Shown: piece after piece, positions 48,349 through 61,518 of the stretch
Numbering within the stretch: position 1 is the stretch's first letter
How the letters are laid out: each line of letters begins with the position of its first letter
NCBI RefSeq assembly: GCF_963921235.1
Contig: NC_086097.1
Coordinates: forward strand, 187,800,001 to 187,864,000
DNA length: 64,000 bases
Source: Mobula hypostoma
Taxonomy: Eukaryota
Reading direction: 5' to 3'
The notes under the pieces: model-generated
The model's database searches: none
The model's input: only the letters and a program-made list of their open reading frames with translations
Told to the model about the DNA's origin: nothing
Position numbers and translations under genes: made by a program

Positions 48349-50911
48349 CTCACAACACACTGAAAGAATTCAGCAGGTCAGGCAGCACCCATGGAAACGA
48401 TCAGTCAATGTTTTGGACCGGAAACCTTTGTCAGGACTGAAGAGGGAAGGGGCAGAGGACCTATAAAGAAGGTGGGGGAAGGTGGGAAGGAGAAGGCTGG
48501 TAGGTTCCAGGTGAAAAATCAGTAAGGGGAAAGATAAATGGGTGGGCTAAGCCTCCGAGCCTACTTATTTGGCAAGGATTCCACTTCTGCTACTGATGAC
48601 CCCCTTCTCCCATCTTCAACCCTCCTCCTCCTGGACACCCCACCCAGCCCTTCTACCTGCACTCAATCTTTTCATTTCCAACTGTCACCGAGACATCAAC
48701 CGTCTCAACTTCACCACTCCTCTCTCCTGTTCCAACCTCACTCCCTCTGTACACACTGCCCTCCACACTCTCCTCACTAATCCCAACCTCACCATCAAAC
48801 CCGCAGACAAAGGTGGTGCTGTAGTAGTCTGGCGGACGGACCTCTACCTCACTGAGGCCAAACGGCAGCTCTCTGACACCTCCTCTTACTTACCCCGGGA
48901 ACAGGAACCCACCAAAGAACATCAAACCATTGTCTCCTGTACTATCACCGCCCTTATCAACTCCAGAGACCTTCCATCCTCCACCACTAAGCTCATAATT
49001 CCCACACCCCGCACCGCTCGGTTTTACCTCCTCCCAAAAACCCACAAGACTGACTGTCCCGGTAGACCCATAGTTTCTGCCTGATCCTGCCCCACCGAAC
49101 TTGTGTCTGCCTACCTGGACTCCATTTTGTCACCCATAGTTCAGTCCCTCCCCACCTACATCCAGGATACATCCCATGCCCTCCACCTCTTCAATAACTT
49201 CCAGTTCCCTGGTCCTGACTGCTTCATTTTCACTATGGATGTCCAATCCTTATACGCCTCCATTCCCCATTAAGAAGGCCTCACCACTTCCCCACCACCA
49301 CTCTCCTCCGGTTGGCGGAACTGGTATTCTCATTTAATAACTTCTCTTTTGGCTCTTCCCACTTTCTTCAGACCAAGGGTGTCGCTATGGGCACTCGCAT
49401 GGGCCCTAGCTATGCCTGCCTCTTCATTGGTTATGTGGAACAGTCTGTGCTCCAAACCTATACTGGTACTGCTCCCCAACTTTTCCTTCGATACATTGAC
49501 GACTACATTAGTGCTGCTTCCTCCACGCATGCCGAGCTCGTCAATTTCATTGACTTTATATCAAACTTCCACTCAGCACTCAAATTCACTTGGTCTATCT
49601 TGGACACTTCTCTCCCCTTTCTCGATGTCTCGGTCTCCATCTCTGGAGATAGACTGTCCACTGACATATTCAGCAACCCCACTGACTCTTATAACTACCT
49701 CGACTATACCTCTTCCCACCCTGCCACATGCAAAAACGCTATTCCCAGTTCCTCCGTCTCTGCCGCATCTGCTCCCAGGATGAGGCTTTCCATTCCAGGA
49801 CATCTCAAATGTCCTCTTTAAGGATCAAGGTTTCCCTTCTGCAGTCATCAATGATGCCCTCACCCGCATCTCCTCCATTTCCCACACTTCGGCCCTCACC
49901 CCATCCTCCCGCCACCACAACAGGGAGAGTCCCCTTGTCCTCACCTACCACCCCACCAGCCTCCGGATCCAGCACATTATCCTCCACAACTTCCGCCACC
50001 TTCAACAAGACCCCACCACTAAGCACATCTTTCCCTCTCCACCCCTCTCTGTCTTCCACAGAGATCGTTCCCTCTGTGACTCCCTGGTCCACACGTCCCT
50101 CCCCATGGATCTCCCACCTGGCACTTATCCCTGTAAGCACAAGTGCTACACCTGTCCCTATACCTCCTCTCTTGCCACCATTCAGTGCCCCAAACAGTCC
50201 TTCCAGGTGAGGCAACACTTCACTTGTGAGTCTGTTGGGGTCATCTGTTGCTTCCTGTGCTCCCGGTGCAGCCACCTCTACATCGGTGAAACCCGACTCA
50301 GATTGGGGGACCGCTTCGTCGAGCATCTCCGCTCCATCCGCCACAACAGACAGGATCTCCCATTTGCCACCCACTTCAACTCTGCTTCACATTCCCATTC
50401 GGATATGTCCATACATGGCCTCCTCTACTGCCACGATGAGGCTAAACTCAGGTTGGAGGAGCAACACATCATATACCTTCTAGGTAGTCTCCAGCCCCTT
50501 GATATGAACATGGAATTCTCCAACTTCCGGTAATTCCCTCCCCCTCCCTCAGTTTCACTCTGCCCCCTCCTCCTCCTCCTCCTACATCCCTCATGGTTCC
50601 GCCTCCTTCTACTACCCATTGTTTTCCCCTATTCCTTCTTCACCTTTCCTGCCTATCACCTCCCTGCTTCCCCTCCCCTTTATCTTTCCACTTACTGGTT
50701 TTTCACCTGGAACCTACCAGCCTTCTCCTTCCCACCCTCCCCCCACCTTCTTTATAGGGCCTCTGCCTCTTGCCTCTGCAGTCCTGATGAAGGGTTCCGG
50801 CCCGAAACGTTGACTGATCACTTCCATGGTTGCTGCCTGACCTGCTGAGTTCCTCCAGCATGTTGTGAGTGTTGCTTTGACCCCAGCATTAGCAGAGTAT
50901 TTTGTGTTTAC
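48349..50911 (+). mobile_element. Penelope-like element: inverted 5' terminal repeat, disrupted RT, GIY-YIG endonuclease, 3' terminal repeat
   Basis: IKPADKGGAVVVW, FYLLPKTHK..PGRPIVS, QTKGVAMGTRMGPSYACLF, FLRYIDD, LYIGETRLRLGDRFVEH; 48349-48546 is the reverse complement of ~50670-50870. Confidence 0.95.
50779..50816 (+). ncRNA. Minimal type I hammerhead ribozyme motif in the Penelope terminal repeat
   Basis: CAGTC-CTGATGA-A-GGG-TTCCGG-CCC-GAAAC-GTT-GACTG: stem I CAGTC/GACTG, stem II GGG/CCC, palindromic AACGTT stem III. Confidence 0.8.
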
Positions 50912-51319
50912 TTACTATCGATTTTCCTTTTTCCTCTATATTATCATGTAAAGCATTTTAATGCTTCTGCTAAGTTAACAAATTTCATGACATTTGCCAG
51001 TGATATTAAACCAAAGTCTGACCTTTGCACTTTGCCTCCAGTACTTTTCTGCTGATATCTACAACTTCAGACATCATCATTGATGGGATAGACTAGGAAC
51101 ACCAGAGAAGGTCTTGCGGTATGTTTGCTACTGCACTAGCATTCCCCTTTGGGTCAATGGTAAGCAACCCCTGGAAGAAAGCCAGACGAATGGCTGTAAT
51201 CCAGGTCAGAAATGAGTATTCCATTCCATTGGTGTTCTGATCATTAAAAGAAAAGCTTCTTTCTCCAGGATAAGGAATTTGTATTTCAAAATAAAAGTCT
51301 TACTGCAAAGTACATTTGT

Positions 51320-52405
51320 AACAGCAAACAAGAGATTTTGCAGATGGTGGAAATCTTGAGCAACAAACTGCTGTGACAATTCAGCAGAACAGACAGCATT
51401 CACAGAGTAAACAGTCAATATTTCAGGCTGAGACCTTTCATCAGGACTGATAAGAAAAGGGGCAGAAGTCAGAATAAGAAGACTGATGCATGGGAAGGAG
51501 TACAAACACATCATCCCCTCCCACTCTCTGCTTTCCCTAGGGAATCACTCTCTACGTGACTCCATTGTTCACTCATCCTGTCCTACTGATCTCCCTCCTG
51601 ACACTTATCCCTGCTAACGTGACAAGTGCTACACCTGCCCCTACACTTCCTTCTCAGAATCATTCAAAACCCCAAACAATCCTCCCATGTGAGGAGACAC
51701 TTCACCTGAGATTCTGTCAGGGTCATCTACAGTATCTGATCCTCCTGGTGCAGCCTCTGCTGCACTGGTGAGACCCAACATAGATTGGGGACAACTTCAC
51801 CAAGCATCTTCACTCCTTTCGCTGCAAAAGGTGATATACCCTCGTGCCAATCCACTGCAATTCTATTTCCCATTCTGGCATGTCGATCCATGGCCTCTAC
51901 TGTCATGATGAGGCCACACTCAAGCAGAAAGAGCGTACCTCATATTCCACCTGCATAGCCTCCAATACGATGGCATGAACATCGATTTCTCCAACTTTCA
52001 TTAATTTCTTCCCTCTCCCAGTTCTTCTTTTAGCTCCCCATTCTGGTTCCCCTTTCACCTGTTCTCTTCTCCTTACTTATCTATCACCTCCCCCTAGTTC
52101 CCAAACTCTTTACCTTTCTTCCATGGTCCACTGTCCTCTCTTGTCAAATTTCTCTACAATCATTTACCTCTTCCACCTATCAGCTCCTAGCTTCTTATTT
52201 CATCCCCCCCCCTTCACCCACCCAGTTCACCCCCTCGCCTGGTTTCACCTATCACCTGCCAGCTTGAACTCCTTCCCCTCCCTTCACCTTATTCTGGCTT
52301 CTGCCCCTTTCCTTCCCAGTCTTGATGAAGAATCTTGGCCTGGAAACTTTTTGTTTATTCCCCTTCATAGATGCGGCCTGACTTGCTGAGTTCCTCCAGC
52401 ACCTT
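51320..52405 (+). mobile_element. Degraded Penelope 3' fragment with inverted terminal repeat
   Basis: GIY-YIG-region nucleotide similarity to 50050-50530; inverted repeat at 51320-51510. Confidence 0.8.
51412..51449 (-). ncRNA. Minimal hammerhead ribozyme motif (second copy with intact core)
   Basis: Minus strand CAGTC-CTGATGA-A-AGG-TCTCAG-CCT-GAAAT-ATT-GACTG. Confidence 0.65.
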
Positions 52406-52721
52406 GTTCATAGCAAGGTGAACCTTTGTAACTGAGGTGTAGTTTGGGAAACAAGAGATCTGGAGGGCCATCAGCCACACTAACAGTACAGTTTCCAATA
52501 ACAATAGAAAATTTAGAACATCGGAATAATTTTAACTTATTTCAAATATAAATTGAATATGATGAGGTATGAAGTAAATTTGTCATCTATAAATAGCGTT
52601 CACATTTCTTGTGTCTGATAGCCTTTATTATAATTCCAGACTGTAGAGCATCTTACTGGGTACAAAATATTGACATTTTAGACCATAATGCAATGAAAAA
52701 CAAAAGTCACATTAGGGGAGT

Positions 52722-53645
52722 GTCAGAGTCATACAGCATGAAATCAGGCCCTTCAGCACATATTGACTGTGTTGCCCAATAAGTTAGTCCCATCTACCTG
52801 CATTTGGTCCATAGCCTAATAAGCGTTTCCTATTCATACACTTAAATAGATGGCTTTTAAATGTTGCTAATGTGCCTGTCTCAACTATTCCAAATACTCA
52901 CTGCCCTTTCCATGAAGATGCTACCCCTGATGTCCCTTTTAAATCCCTCAACTCTGATCATAAACCTATGCGCTCTTGTTTTAGCCCTTTCTCTCTGGAT
53001 AAAGACTCTGTACTTACATTCTGCCTATGCCCCCCCCTTAATCATTTACACCTCCATCAGGTCACTCCTCAATCTCCTGTGTTCCAGGAAATAAAAGCCT
53101 AGTCCACACAGCCTCTCTTTGGACATCAGGCCCCCATGTTCAGACAACATCCTGGTAATTAATAAACATGATAAAGTCTACAGGTGCTGGAAATCCAGAG
53201 CAACACACACAAAATGCTGGAGCAGCTCAGCAGGTCAGACAGCATCTACAGAAATGAATAGATAGTCAGCGTTTCGGGCTGAGACCCTTCTTCAGGACTG
53301 AAAAAGGGGGAAACATGCCAGAACACCCCGGTAAATGCTTCCAGCCCTCTTTCTAGTTTAATAAAATCTTTTCTATAATAAGGTGATTAACTCTACCAGG
53401 AATAGCCTCACTAAAAGTTTAATAAACTGCATCACAACTTCCTTACTCCTGCACAGAATGTCCTGACAGATGAAGACCAGAATGCCAACCACCTTTTTTC
53501 AAATTATCTACCTGTGACAGCACTTTCAGTGGATTATGCACTTGCAACCCTCTGTTCCGTTACACTGCCCAGGGCCCTACCATTCACTGGGTGTCCTACC
53601 CTGATTTGGTTTCCCGGAATACAATACCTCACATTTAGCCAAATT
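52722..53645 (-). mobile_element. Degraded CR1 3' fragment interrupted by a Penelope terminal repeat (53162-53322)
   Basis: agagtcatacagcatg...ggcccttcag tail; VNGRALGSVTEQR peptide; repeat with mutated hammerhead at 53264-53300. Confidence 0.75.
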
Positions 53646-53689
53646 GAAAGGTTTGAACAGCAAGCATCACCTGTTGGGATTTGTTTGCA

Positions 53690-55660
53690 GAACAGTAGAT
53701 TGCTTGGGTTAATAGTAACTAGGGTTAACCAGCAAGGGCCAATGAAAAGAAGCAGGGTGTGAGTGGAGAGGCCATTGTGAGAGTGGACAGTGTTAGAATG
53801 GTCAGGCTTGGGCGAGAACAGGAAGAGGCTAGAACTCAAGTTTGAGAAGTTAGAAACATAAGTGTAGGCAGGATGGTAGTTCAGGTGAGATATGTGATTT
53901 CAGGGCATCTAATGGTGTCTGTAATTACTACATCTGCAGGAAATGCATCCAACTTCATTTCCTGACTGGCAAGCTCAAAGAACTGGAGCTGGAGCTTGGC
54001 GCATTCAGGATCCCCTGGGGAGGCTGAAAACTTTATAACTGAGACTTTTACTGAGTGCAAGCTTCAGATAGTAGATGGGTGACCACCAGGAAAAGAAAGG
54101 AGAGTAAATTTCCCCTGTGGCCCTTCTCCTCTGCAACAAGAATACCCCATTGGATACTGCTGAGGTGATAACCTATCAAGGCACAGTAGCAGCAGTGACA
54201 CTGTGGCCAGCTCTGAGATTCAGCAGGGACGAGTCAACTCAGGCAGAGCAATAGTGACAGGAAACTAGGTAGTTAGGGGGATGGACAAGAGATTCTGTGG
54301 CCATGAAAGAGAAGGCAGGATGATGTGCTGCCTCCCAGTTGCTTAGGTCCAGGATGAGTCAGTGATTGCAGAAGAGACTCAAGAGGGAGGGTGAGCAGCT
54401 AGAGGCTATGTTGCCCATTGGCACCAATGGCATGGGTAGAAAGTTGGGAAAGGTCCAGCATAGTGAGTATAGGGAGTTAACCCAAAGGCTGAAAAACAGG
54501 ACTTTCTAGATAGTACTCTCTGGATTATTCCCAGTGTCACGTGTAAATGAGGGCATGGATAGGATGATAGTATAGATCAATGAGTGGCCAAGGAAATGGT
54601 GCAGGGGGCAGGGTTTCTGATATCTGGATTATTGAGATCTCATCTGGGAAAGATATGAGCTGCACATATAGGATGGGTTACACCTGAACCCCAGGGGGAC
54701 CAATATCCATGTTGGCAGGTTTTCTAGATCTGTTGGGGAGGGTTTAGTTGGGAGGTTAACATCCAAGGATACACATTGTATCGAAAGGCAGGCAGATAGG
54801 GTGGGGTGACTGTTGTTAAAAAAAAAATAAAATCTTCGGAAAGAGGTGACATAGGATGAGAACACATAGAATCTTTGTGGATGGTGTTCAGAAACTGCAA
54901 GGGTAAAAAAAACATTGACGAGAGCTATATTCAAGCCCCCAAGCAGTAGCCAGGATGTGGGATTAAATTTCAACAGGAAATAGAAATGGAATGTAAAAAG
55001 GGCAATGCTATGATAGGTGAGGGGGATTTTGATAAGCAGATAGATTGGGAAAATCATGTTGGTGCTGGATCCTAAGACAGGGAAATTATAAAAGCCTCTA
55101 TCAGATGTGTTTTTTTTTGTTAGTTTTTTTTAAAAATAAAAAAGGGCAGCTTGTGGTTGAGCCCACGAGGGGAAGGGCAATTCTGGATTGGGTATTGTGT
55201 AATGAATCAGATTGAATTAGGGAGCGCAAGGTAAGGATCACTTGGGAGGCAGTGATCATGATATGATAGAACTCACTCTGCAGTTTGAGATGGAGAGTAT
55301 AAAGTCAGGGGCATCAGTATTGCAGGGAAGGAAAGGGATGAGGGAGGAGCTGGCCAAAGTTGATTAGAAAGAGACACCAACAAGGATGACAACAGAACAG
55401 CAATGGCTGGAGATTTTTTTTTTGGGGGGGGCAATTCAGAAGCTGCAGGATAGATACATCCCGAAGATGAAGTAGTATTATAAAGTGAGGATGAGGCAAC
55501 TGTGTGTGACAAAGGAAGCATAAAAATGAAAGAGAGGGCATGTAATTTAGCAAAAATAAATGGGAAGCTAGAGGACTAGGAAGCTTTGAAAAACTAACAG
55601 AAGGCAACTAGAAAAACCATAAAGATGAAATATGAAGGCAAGATAGCCAAAAATATCAGA
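53690..55660 (+). mobile_element. Degenerate CR1 5' half (5' UTR, ORF1 esterase, endonuclease start)
   Basis: Nucleotide similarity to the CR1 ORF1 at 6500-7100 (gagattctgtggc, tgctgcctcccag, cattggcaccaatg, gatgggttacacctgaac = DGLHLN). Confidence 0.78.
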
Positions 55661-55699
55661 GAATGCAAAGCATTTTATGTGTGGGGCCTTGATGGTGTA

Positions 55700-56232
55700 C
55701 ACTGAGCACAGTCAGTGTGGATCAGAAATAACTTCTCCTCCTTGCTGACAATCAACACCAGTACACCTCAAGGATGTGTGCTTAGCCCACTGCTCTACTC
55801 TCTCTATACCTAATATTGCGTGGCTAGGCACAGCTCAAACACCATTTATAAATTTGCCGATGACACAACTCTTGCGGGCAAAATTTCGAACAGTGAGGTA
55901 GATCATCTGGTTGAGTACTGTTACACTCAATGTCAGTAAGACCAAGAAATTAATTATGGAGTTAAGGAAGGGGAAGTCAAAGGAACATACATCAGTCCTC
56001 ATCAAGGGATCAGCAGTTTCAAATTCCTGGGTGATAACATCTCTGAAGAGAAATCCTAGGCCCAACATACAGATAAAAATCTCAAAGGCAGTATGACAGC
56101 AACTATATTTCATTAGGAACCCAAGGGGATTTGGAATGTCACTAAAGACTCTAGCAAATTTATACAGTTATACTGTGGAGAGCATTCTAACTGGTTGCAT
56201 CACCCTCTGGTAAGGAGGGGCCACTGCACTGA
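55700..56232 (+). mobile_element. Rex1/Babar RT fragment
   Basis: cctcaaggatgtgtgcttagcccactgctctactctctc = PQGCVLSPLLYSL; tttgccgatgac = FADD. Confidence 0.8.
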
Positions 56233-56499
56233 TTGTCTCCTTTCCTTCATTACAAAGCAATTGCAATGCTCAACTGGGAAACTTTGCACACATCTTCTGG
56301 AGCAGGTTTCGGGTGACAGTGACCACAAGTTCTACAGTTGAAGAACACAACTTCATCCATATGGCTTGCACTCTGCCTTCACACAATAATGAATGCACAA
56401 CAGATTTCAGTGCACTATTCTTAGGAAACTGTAGCCTACCATTGAATTACACAACAGACAATTAAAGGTAGATACAATAATTTACTTTGGGAACAATAA

Positions 56500-58350
56500 A
56501 GTAACACAGTAGCATTTCAAGTGCACAGATATAAACATTAAGAGAAATAGAGAGAATAAAAAATAAGTTACTACAAACAGTCAACCAGGAGGGGGTCATC
56601 ACTTCCCCAGCTATAGGTTGACCCATTAAAGAGCCTAATGGCTGAGGGTAGGAATTTCTTCATGTAGCACTCTTTAAGGCAGTGCAGTTGTCTTAGTCTG
56701 TTACTAAAAGTGCTCCTCTGTTCAGCCAACATGGCATGCAGAGGGTGAGAAACATTGTCCAGAATTGCCAAGATTTTCCGTAGGGTCCTTTATTCTATCA
56801 CAGCCTCCAGTGTGTCCAGTTTGATTCCTATAACAGAGACAGCCTTTCTAATCAGTTTATTGAACCTGTTGGCATCACCTGTGTTGATGTCATTGCCCCA
56901 GCACACCACGGCATAAAAGAGTATTCTGGTGACAACAGACTGGTAGAACATGCGAAGGAGAGGCCTGCATACTTCTAAGGAACTCATTCTCCTCAAGAAG
57001 CAGAGGCGACTCTGACCCTTCTTGTACACAGCCCATGTTAGTGCTCCACTCAAGTCTGTCATCCAGGTATAGCCCCAGGTCCTTACTATATCCTCATCCT
57101 CACTATCAATAGCAACAGGGAGCAACGCAGGCTTAGTTTTCATAAAACACAAATCTACAGCATATTACAGGCCCTTCAGCCCACAACATTGTGCTAACCA
57201 TGTAACCTACTCTAGAAACCGCCTAGAATTACTCTACTGCATAGCCCTCTGTTTAACTAAGCTCCATACACCAAACTAAGAGTCTCTTCAAAGACCCTAT
57301 TGTATCCGCCTCTACCACCATTGCTGGCAGTGCATTCCACACACCCACCACTCGGTGTGAAAAATTTACCTCTGACATCCCCCTTGTATCTGTTTCCAAG
57401 CACCCCAAAACTATGACCCCATGTGTTAGCCCTTTCAACCCTGGGAAAAAGCCTCTGGCTATTCACACAATCAATGCTGCTCATCATCTTATATACCTCT
57501 ATCAGGTCACCTCTCATCCTCCATCACTCCAAGAAAAAAAGGCCAAGTTCACTCAACTTATTCTCACAAAGGTATGGCCCATCATCATCTCCTTTGTTAT
57601 ACTGATGTTGAACTGTAGATAACTCAGCTTGCACCATTTGACAAAGTCTTCCAGCAAGGCCCTGTATTCAACCCCCATCCTCCCCTTATACACCCAACTA
57701 CTGCTGAGTCATCAGAGAATTTCTGCAGATGACATGACTCAGTGTTGTACCTGAAGCCCAAGATATACAAGAAGGGAGCCAACAAATCCCCTATGGTGCC
57801 CCAGTGCTACTTATAGCCATATCTGACACACAGCTCTGAAGCTGCACATACTGTGGTCTGCCAGTCAGATAGTCCATTATCCAGGATACAATGATAGTGC
57901 CATTCTGCATTGAATAGAACTTTTCCTCCAGCAAAGAGAGCTGTATGGTATTGAAGGCTCTTGAGAAATCAAAATCCATGATCCTCACCGTGCTGCCCTG
58001 CTTATCCAAATGGGAGTAGTCTCTGTTCAGCAGGTAGATGACAGCATTGTCAACTCCATTGTGCTCCTGGCAGGCAAACTGCAGGGGATCGAGTGCTGTT
58101 CTGATCAGGGATCAGAGGTTAGCCAGGACCAGCCTCTAGGATCTTCATGATGTGTGAAGTCAGCACGACTGGATGGTGGTTATTTAAGACTTTCAGTTGG
58201 CCCTTCTTGGGTCCTGGGATCATACATGATATTTTCCGCACAGTCAGAACCCTTTCCAGTCTGAGACTGAGATTGAAAATGCGCTGGAGAACTCCACATG
58301 ACTGTTCAGCGCACTCTTTCAGGACTTCGGGGTTTCATACTATCTGGTCC
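56500..58350 (-). mobile_element. Rex1/Babar LINE (RT to 3' end) interrupted by a CR1 3' end at ~57140-57570
   Basis: ORFs 57791-58009 (VRIMDFDFSRAFNTIQ...STGAP), 56790-57152, 56571-56771; CR1 ORF 57257-57517 (MRGDLIEVYK). Confidence 0.88.
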
Positions 58351-58464
58351 TAATGTTTTGCCAAGTCCCAATGCTTTGTGAAAAACTCCCGGAAATATCC
58401 CTTCCTGACAAAGTCTTTAGCTCCTCTTCTGCTTCAATGGGATCTCTACAAAAGCACATAAAAC

Positions 58465-59242
58465 CAGCAGTCCCCAACCACCGGGCTGCAGACCGGTACC
58501 GGGCTGCAAAGCATGTGTTACCGGGCCGTGAGGAAATGATACGAGTCAGCTGCACCTTTCCTCATTCCCTGTCACACACTGTTGAACTTGAACATAGGGT
58601 TGCCAGCTGTCCCATATTTGCCACAACATCCCGTATATTGGGCTAAATTGGTTTATCCCATACGGGACTGCCCTTGTCCCGTATTCCTGCCGCTAAGGTA
58701 GAGCGCTCCTATGAAACCTTCCGTGCTGAAATGGCTTAAAGCGCAGAAGCAATTACCATTCATTTAGATCGGCAAACTTTTTGAGCCTGCCCAGACCCAA
58801 AAAAAACCTATCAAATCATACCAAATAACACAAAACCGAAAATAACACTAACATATAGTAAAAGCAGGAATTATATGGTTATACACAGCCTATATAAAGT
58901 AGAAATAATGTATGTACAGTGTAGTTGGGAAGATTAAGCCAAAACTGATTTGTGGAAAAAAAATCAGCACGTATGCGCATGCGCACGTCACGCCTGCGCA
59001 CACAGGTGCCCGCGTAAGGCTTCGTGGTCATGGTAGTCTTTCCTGGGGTAAAGTTTCCTGGGATTTGACTGCTACTTTTGTCCCTTATTTGGGAGTGAGA
59101 AAGTTGGCAACCCTAACTGTAAAAGACATGTTGAGGTGAGTTTATCCCTACTTGAACACCCCCCGCCCCCGGTCGGCTGGTCCGCAAGAATATTGTCAAT
59201 ATTAAACCGGTCCACAGTGCAAAACAAGGTTGGGAACCCCTG
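58465..59242. mobile_element. hAT (Charlie-like) MITE, composite
   Basis: TIRs CAGCAGTCCCCAACC/GGTTGGGAACCCCTG; perfect 8-bp TSD CATAAAAC (58457-58464, 59243-59250). Confidence 0.92.
58595..59150. mobile_element. Nested hAT MITE
   Basis: TAGGGTTGCCAGCT...AGTTGGCAACCCTA (ending 59115) plus an extension to CCCTA at 59150; 8-bp TSD CTTGAACA (58587-58594, 59151-59158). Confidence 0.88.
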
Positions 59243-60136
59243 CATAAAACACCCCACAATAAAAGATAAGCGAAATATTACAATTGACTATGCTTGCAGG
59301 ATTTCAATATCCCTGATGAAATCTAATGAATCATCTTGCAAGTTATTTCCCAAATATCCTGTAAAACATTATTGAGCCCATTAAATCGCTCAAATTGGAG
59401 CACCTGTCACTGCTGTTTAGCCATGTTTTCCTGTGCATGGTTCACACCTTGTGAAAATGAATCATGTATATGTAATTAACACCGAGGAGATGCTAAAAGA
59501 ACATTTCACATGGAAACATAGTATTTCTATATGTATGATACACCTATACTCATTCTTTGAACTTTGTGTTTATTGCTCACCTGGAAATGGAAAATCAAGT
59601 CTTTGATTAAATGTCAAGATTATTACAATCTCAATCACATTAGCACGTGATTTTATAATAGAAATTGATTACATTAAGTCCATAGGTTGTGGAATTAACT
59701 GTTCTTGAACCAAGTGGCGTGGGACTTGATGTTTCTGCACCTCTTACCCAATGGCAGCAGCAAGAAGAACGTATGGCCTGGATGGTGGGAGTCCTTTATG
59801 ATGGATCCTGGTTTCCTGCAACAGCACTCCTGATAGACTCCATGTAGAAATCTACAGATAGCAGAATGAATAGCACTGTAAAATGGTCAAGATATTTCTA
59901 CTTGAGTAAAAAAAATACAAAAGTGCACAAAATTCCATATCAATTTTCTCCATGTCAGACTCTTCCCAACATGCTGAAAATCCCAATAGATCAAGGCTAA
60001 ATTTGAGATAAATCTGGAATGGCACAAACCTAACAGAGCCCAAGGAAAAACAGATTGTTTTCTTTCAACTGAGAATGTATTGAAGTGTATTAGACTGGAT
60101 TAAAAGGTATGAGCCTGGGTTGGAATGTATTATTTA

Positions 60137-61093
60137 CATAGAACATAGAATAGTACAGCACAGGCCCTTCGGCCCACAATGTGGTGCCAACCCTCAAACC
60201 CTGCCTCCCATATAACCCACCTTAAATTCCTCCATATACCTGTCTAGTAGTCTCTTAAACTTCACTAGTGTATCTGTTTCCACCACTGACTCAGGCAGTG
60301 CATTCCACGCACCACCCCCTCTCTGAGTAAAAAACCTTCCTCTACTATCCCCCTTGAACTTCCCACCCCTTACCTTAAAGCCATGTCCTCTTGTATTAAG
60401 CAGTGGTGCCCTGGGGAAGAGGCGCTGGCTATCCAGTCTATCTATTCCTCTTATTATCTTGTACACCTCTATCATGTCTCCTCTCATCCTCCTTCTCTCC
60501 AAAGAGTAAAGCCCTAGCTCCCCTAATCTCTGATCATAATGCATACATTCTAAACCAGGCAGCATCCTGGTAAATCTCCTCTGTACCCTTTCTAATGCTT
60601 CCACATCCTTCCTATAGTGAGGCGATCAGAACTAGACACAATACTCCAAGTGTGGCCTAACCAGAGTTTTATAGAGCTGCATCATTACATCGCGACTCTT
60701 AAACTCTATCCCTCGACTTATGAAAGCTAATACCCCGTAAACTTTCTTAACTACCCTATCCACCTGTGAGGCAACTTCACGGATCTGTGGACATGTACCC
60801 CCAGATCCCTCTGCTCCTCCACACTACAAAGTATCCTGCCATTTACTTTGTACTCTGCCTTGGAGTTTGTCCTTCCAAAGTGTACCACCTCACACTTCTC
60901 CGGGTTGAACTCCATCTGCCACTTCTCAGCCCACTTCTGCATCCTATCAATGTCTCTCTGCAATCTTTGACAATCCTCTACACTATCTACAACACCACCT
61001 ACCTTCACTGGGACAAATTTATCCCTAACATCCTGCAAGAGATCTCTAAACATTGACCACATGTGCATAGTACATTTCCCTGCAAAAACATCA
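60137..61093 (-). mobile_element. Relatively young CR1 3' fragment
   Basis: ORFs 60194-60604 (ALERVQRRFTRMLPG...) and 60751-61260 (LQRDIDR...WQMEFNPEKCEVVHFG); acatagaacatagaa tail. Confidence 0.92.
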
Positions 61094-61099
61094 AACAGG

Positions 61100-61495
61100 G
61101 AGTAGTTGGACAAACTTGCATAATTGTAGAGGCTGAGGGATGAAGCAAATACAATTTTGAGCCATAGATATTGTACATAATCAACCAAATATGAGAGAAT
61201 GCAGCTTAAAGTTGAGGGATTATTGGTGGTAGGTAGTGGGGGGGGGAGGGAGGGTTTCAAGGGGATTTACAAGGAAAATTTTTCTATACACAGAGTGGCA
61301 AATGCTGGGAATGACAGGAAGAATTAGGAGCTGAAATTATAGCGACAACTGAGAGACATATAGACAGCCATATGCACAGATAGGAAACAGAGAGGTACAG
61401 ATCATGCGTAGGCAGATGAGACTAGTTTAGATTGGCATCATAGTCAGCAAAGACATTATGGACTGAAGGGCCTTTTCCTGTGCTGTACTATGTTC
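61100..61495 (+). mobile_element. Degraded CR1 3' end
   Basis: Tail ggactgaagggccttttcctgtgctgtactatgttc. Confidence 0.7.
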
Positions 61496-61518
61496 CAACT
61501 CAATAACCATTGTTCATT

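Noticed and set aside
51040..51160. Possible exon of a downstream gene (ccAG...GTaagc)
   Set aside because: Stop codons occur in all three frames.
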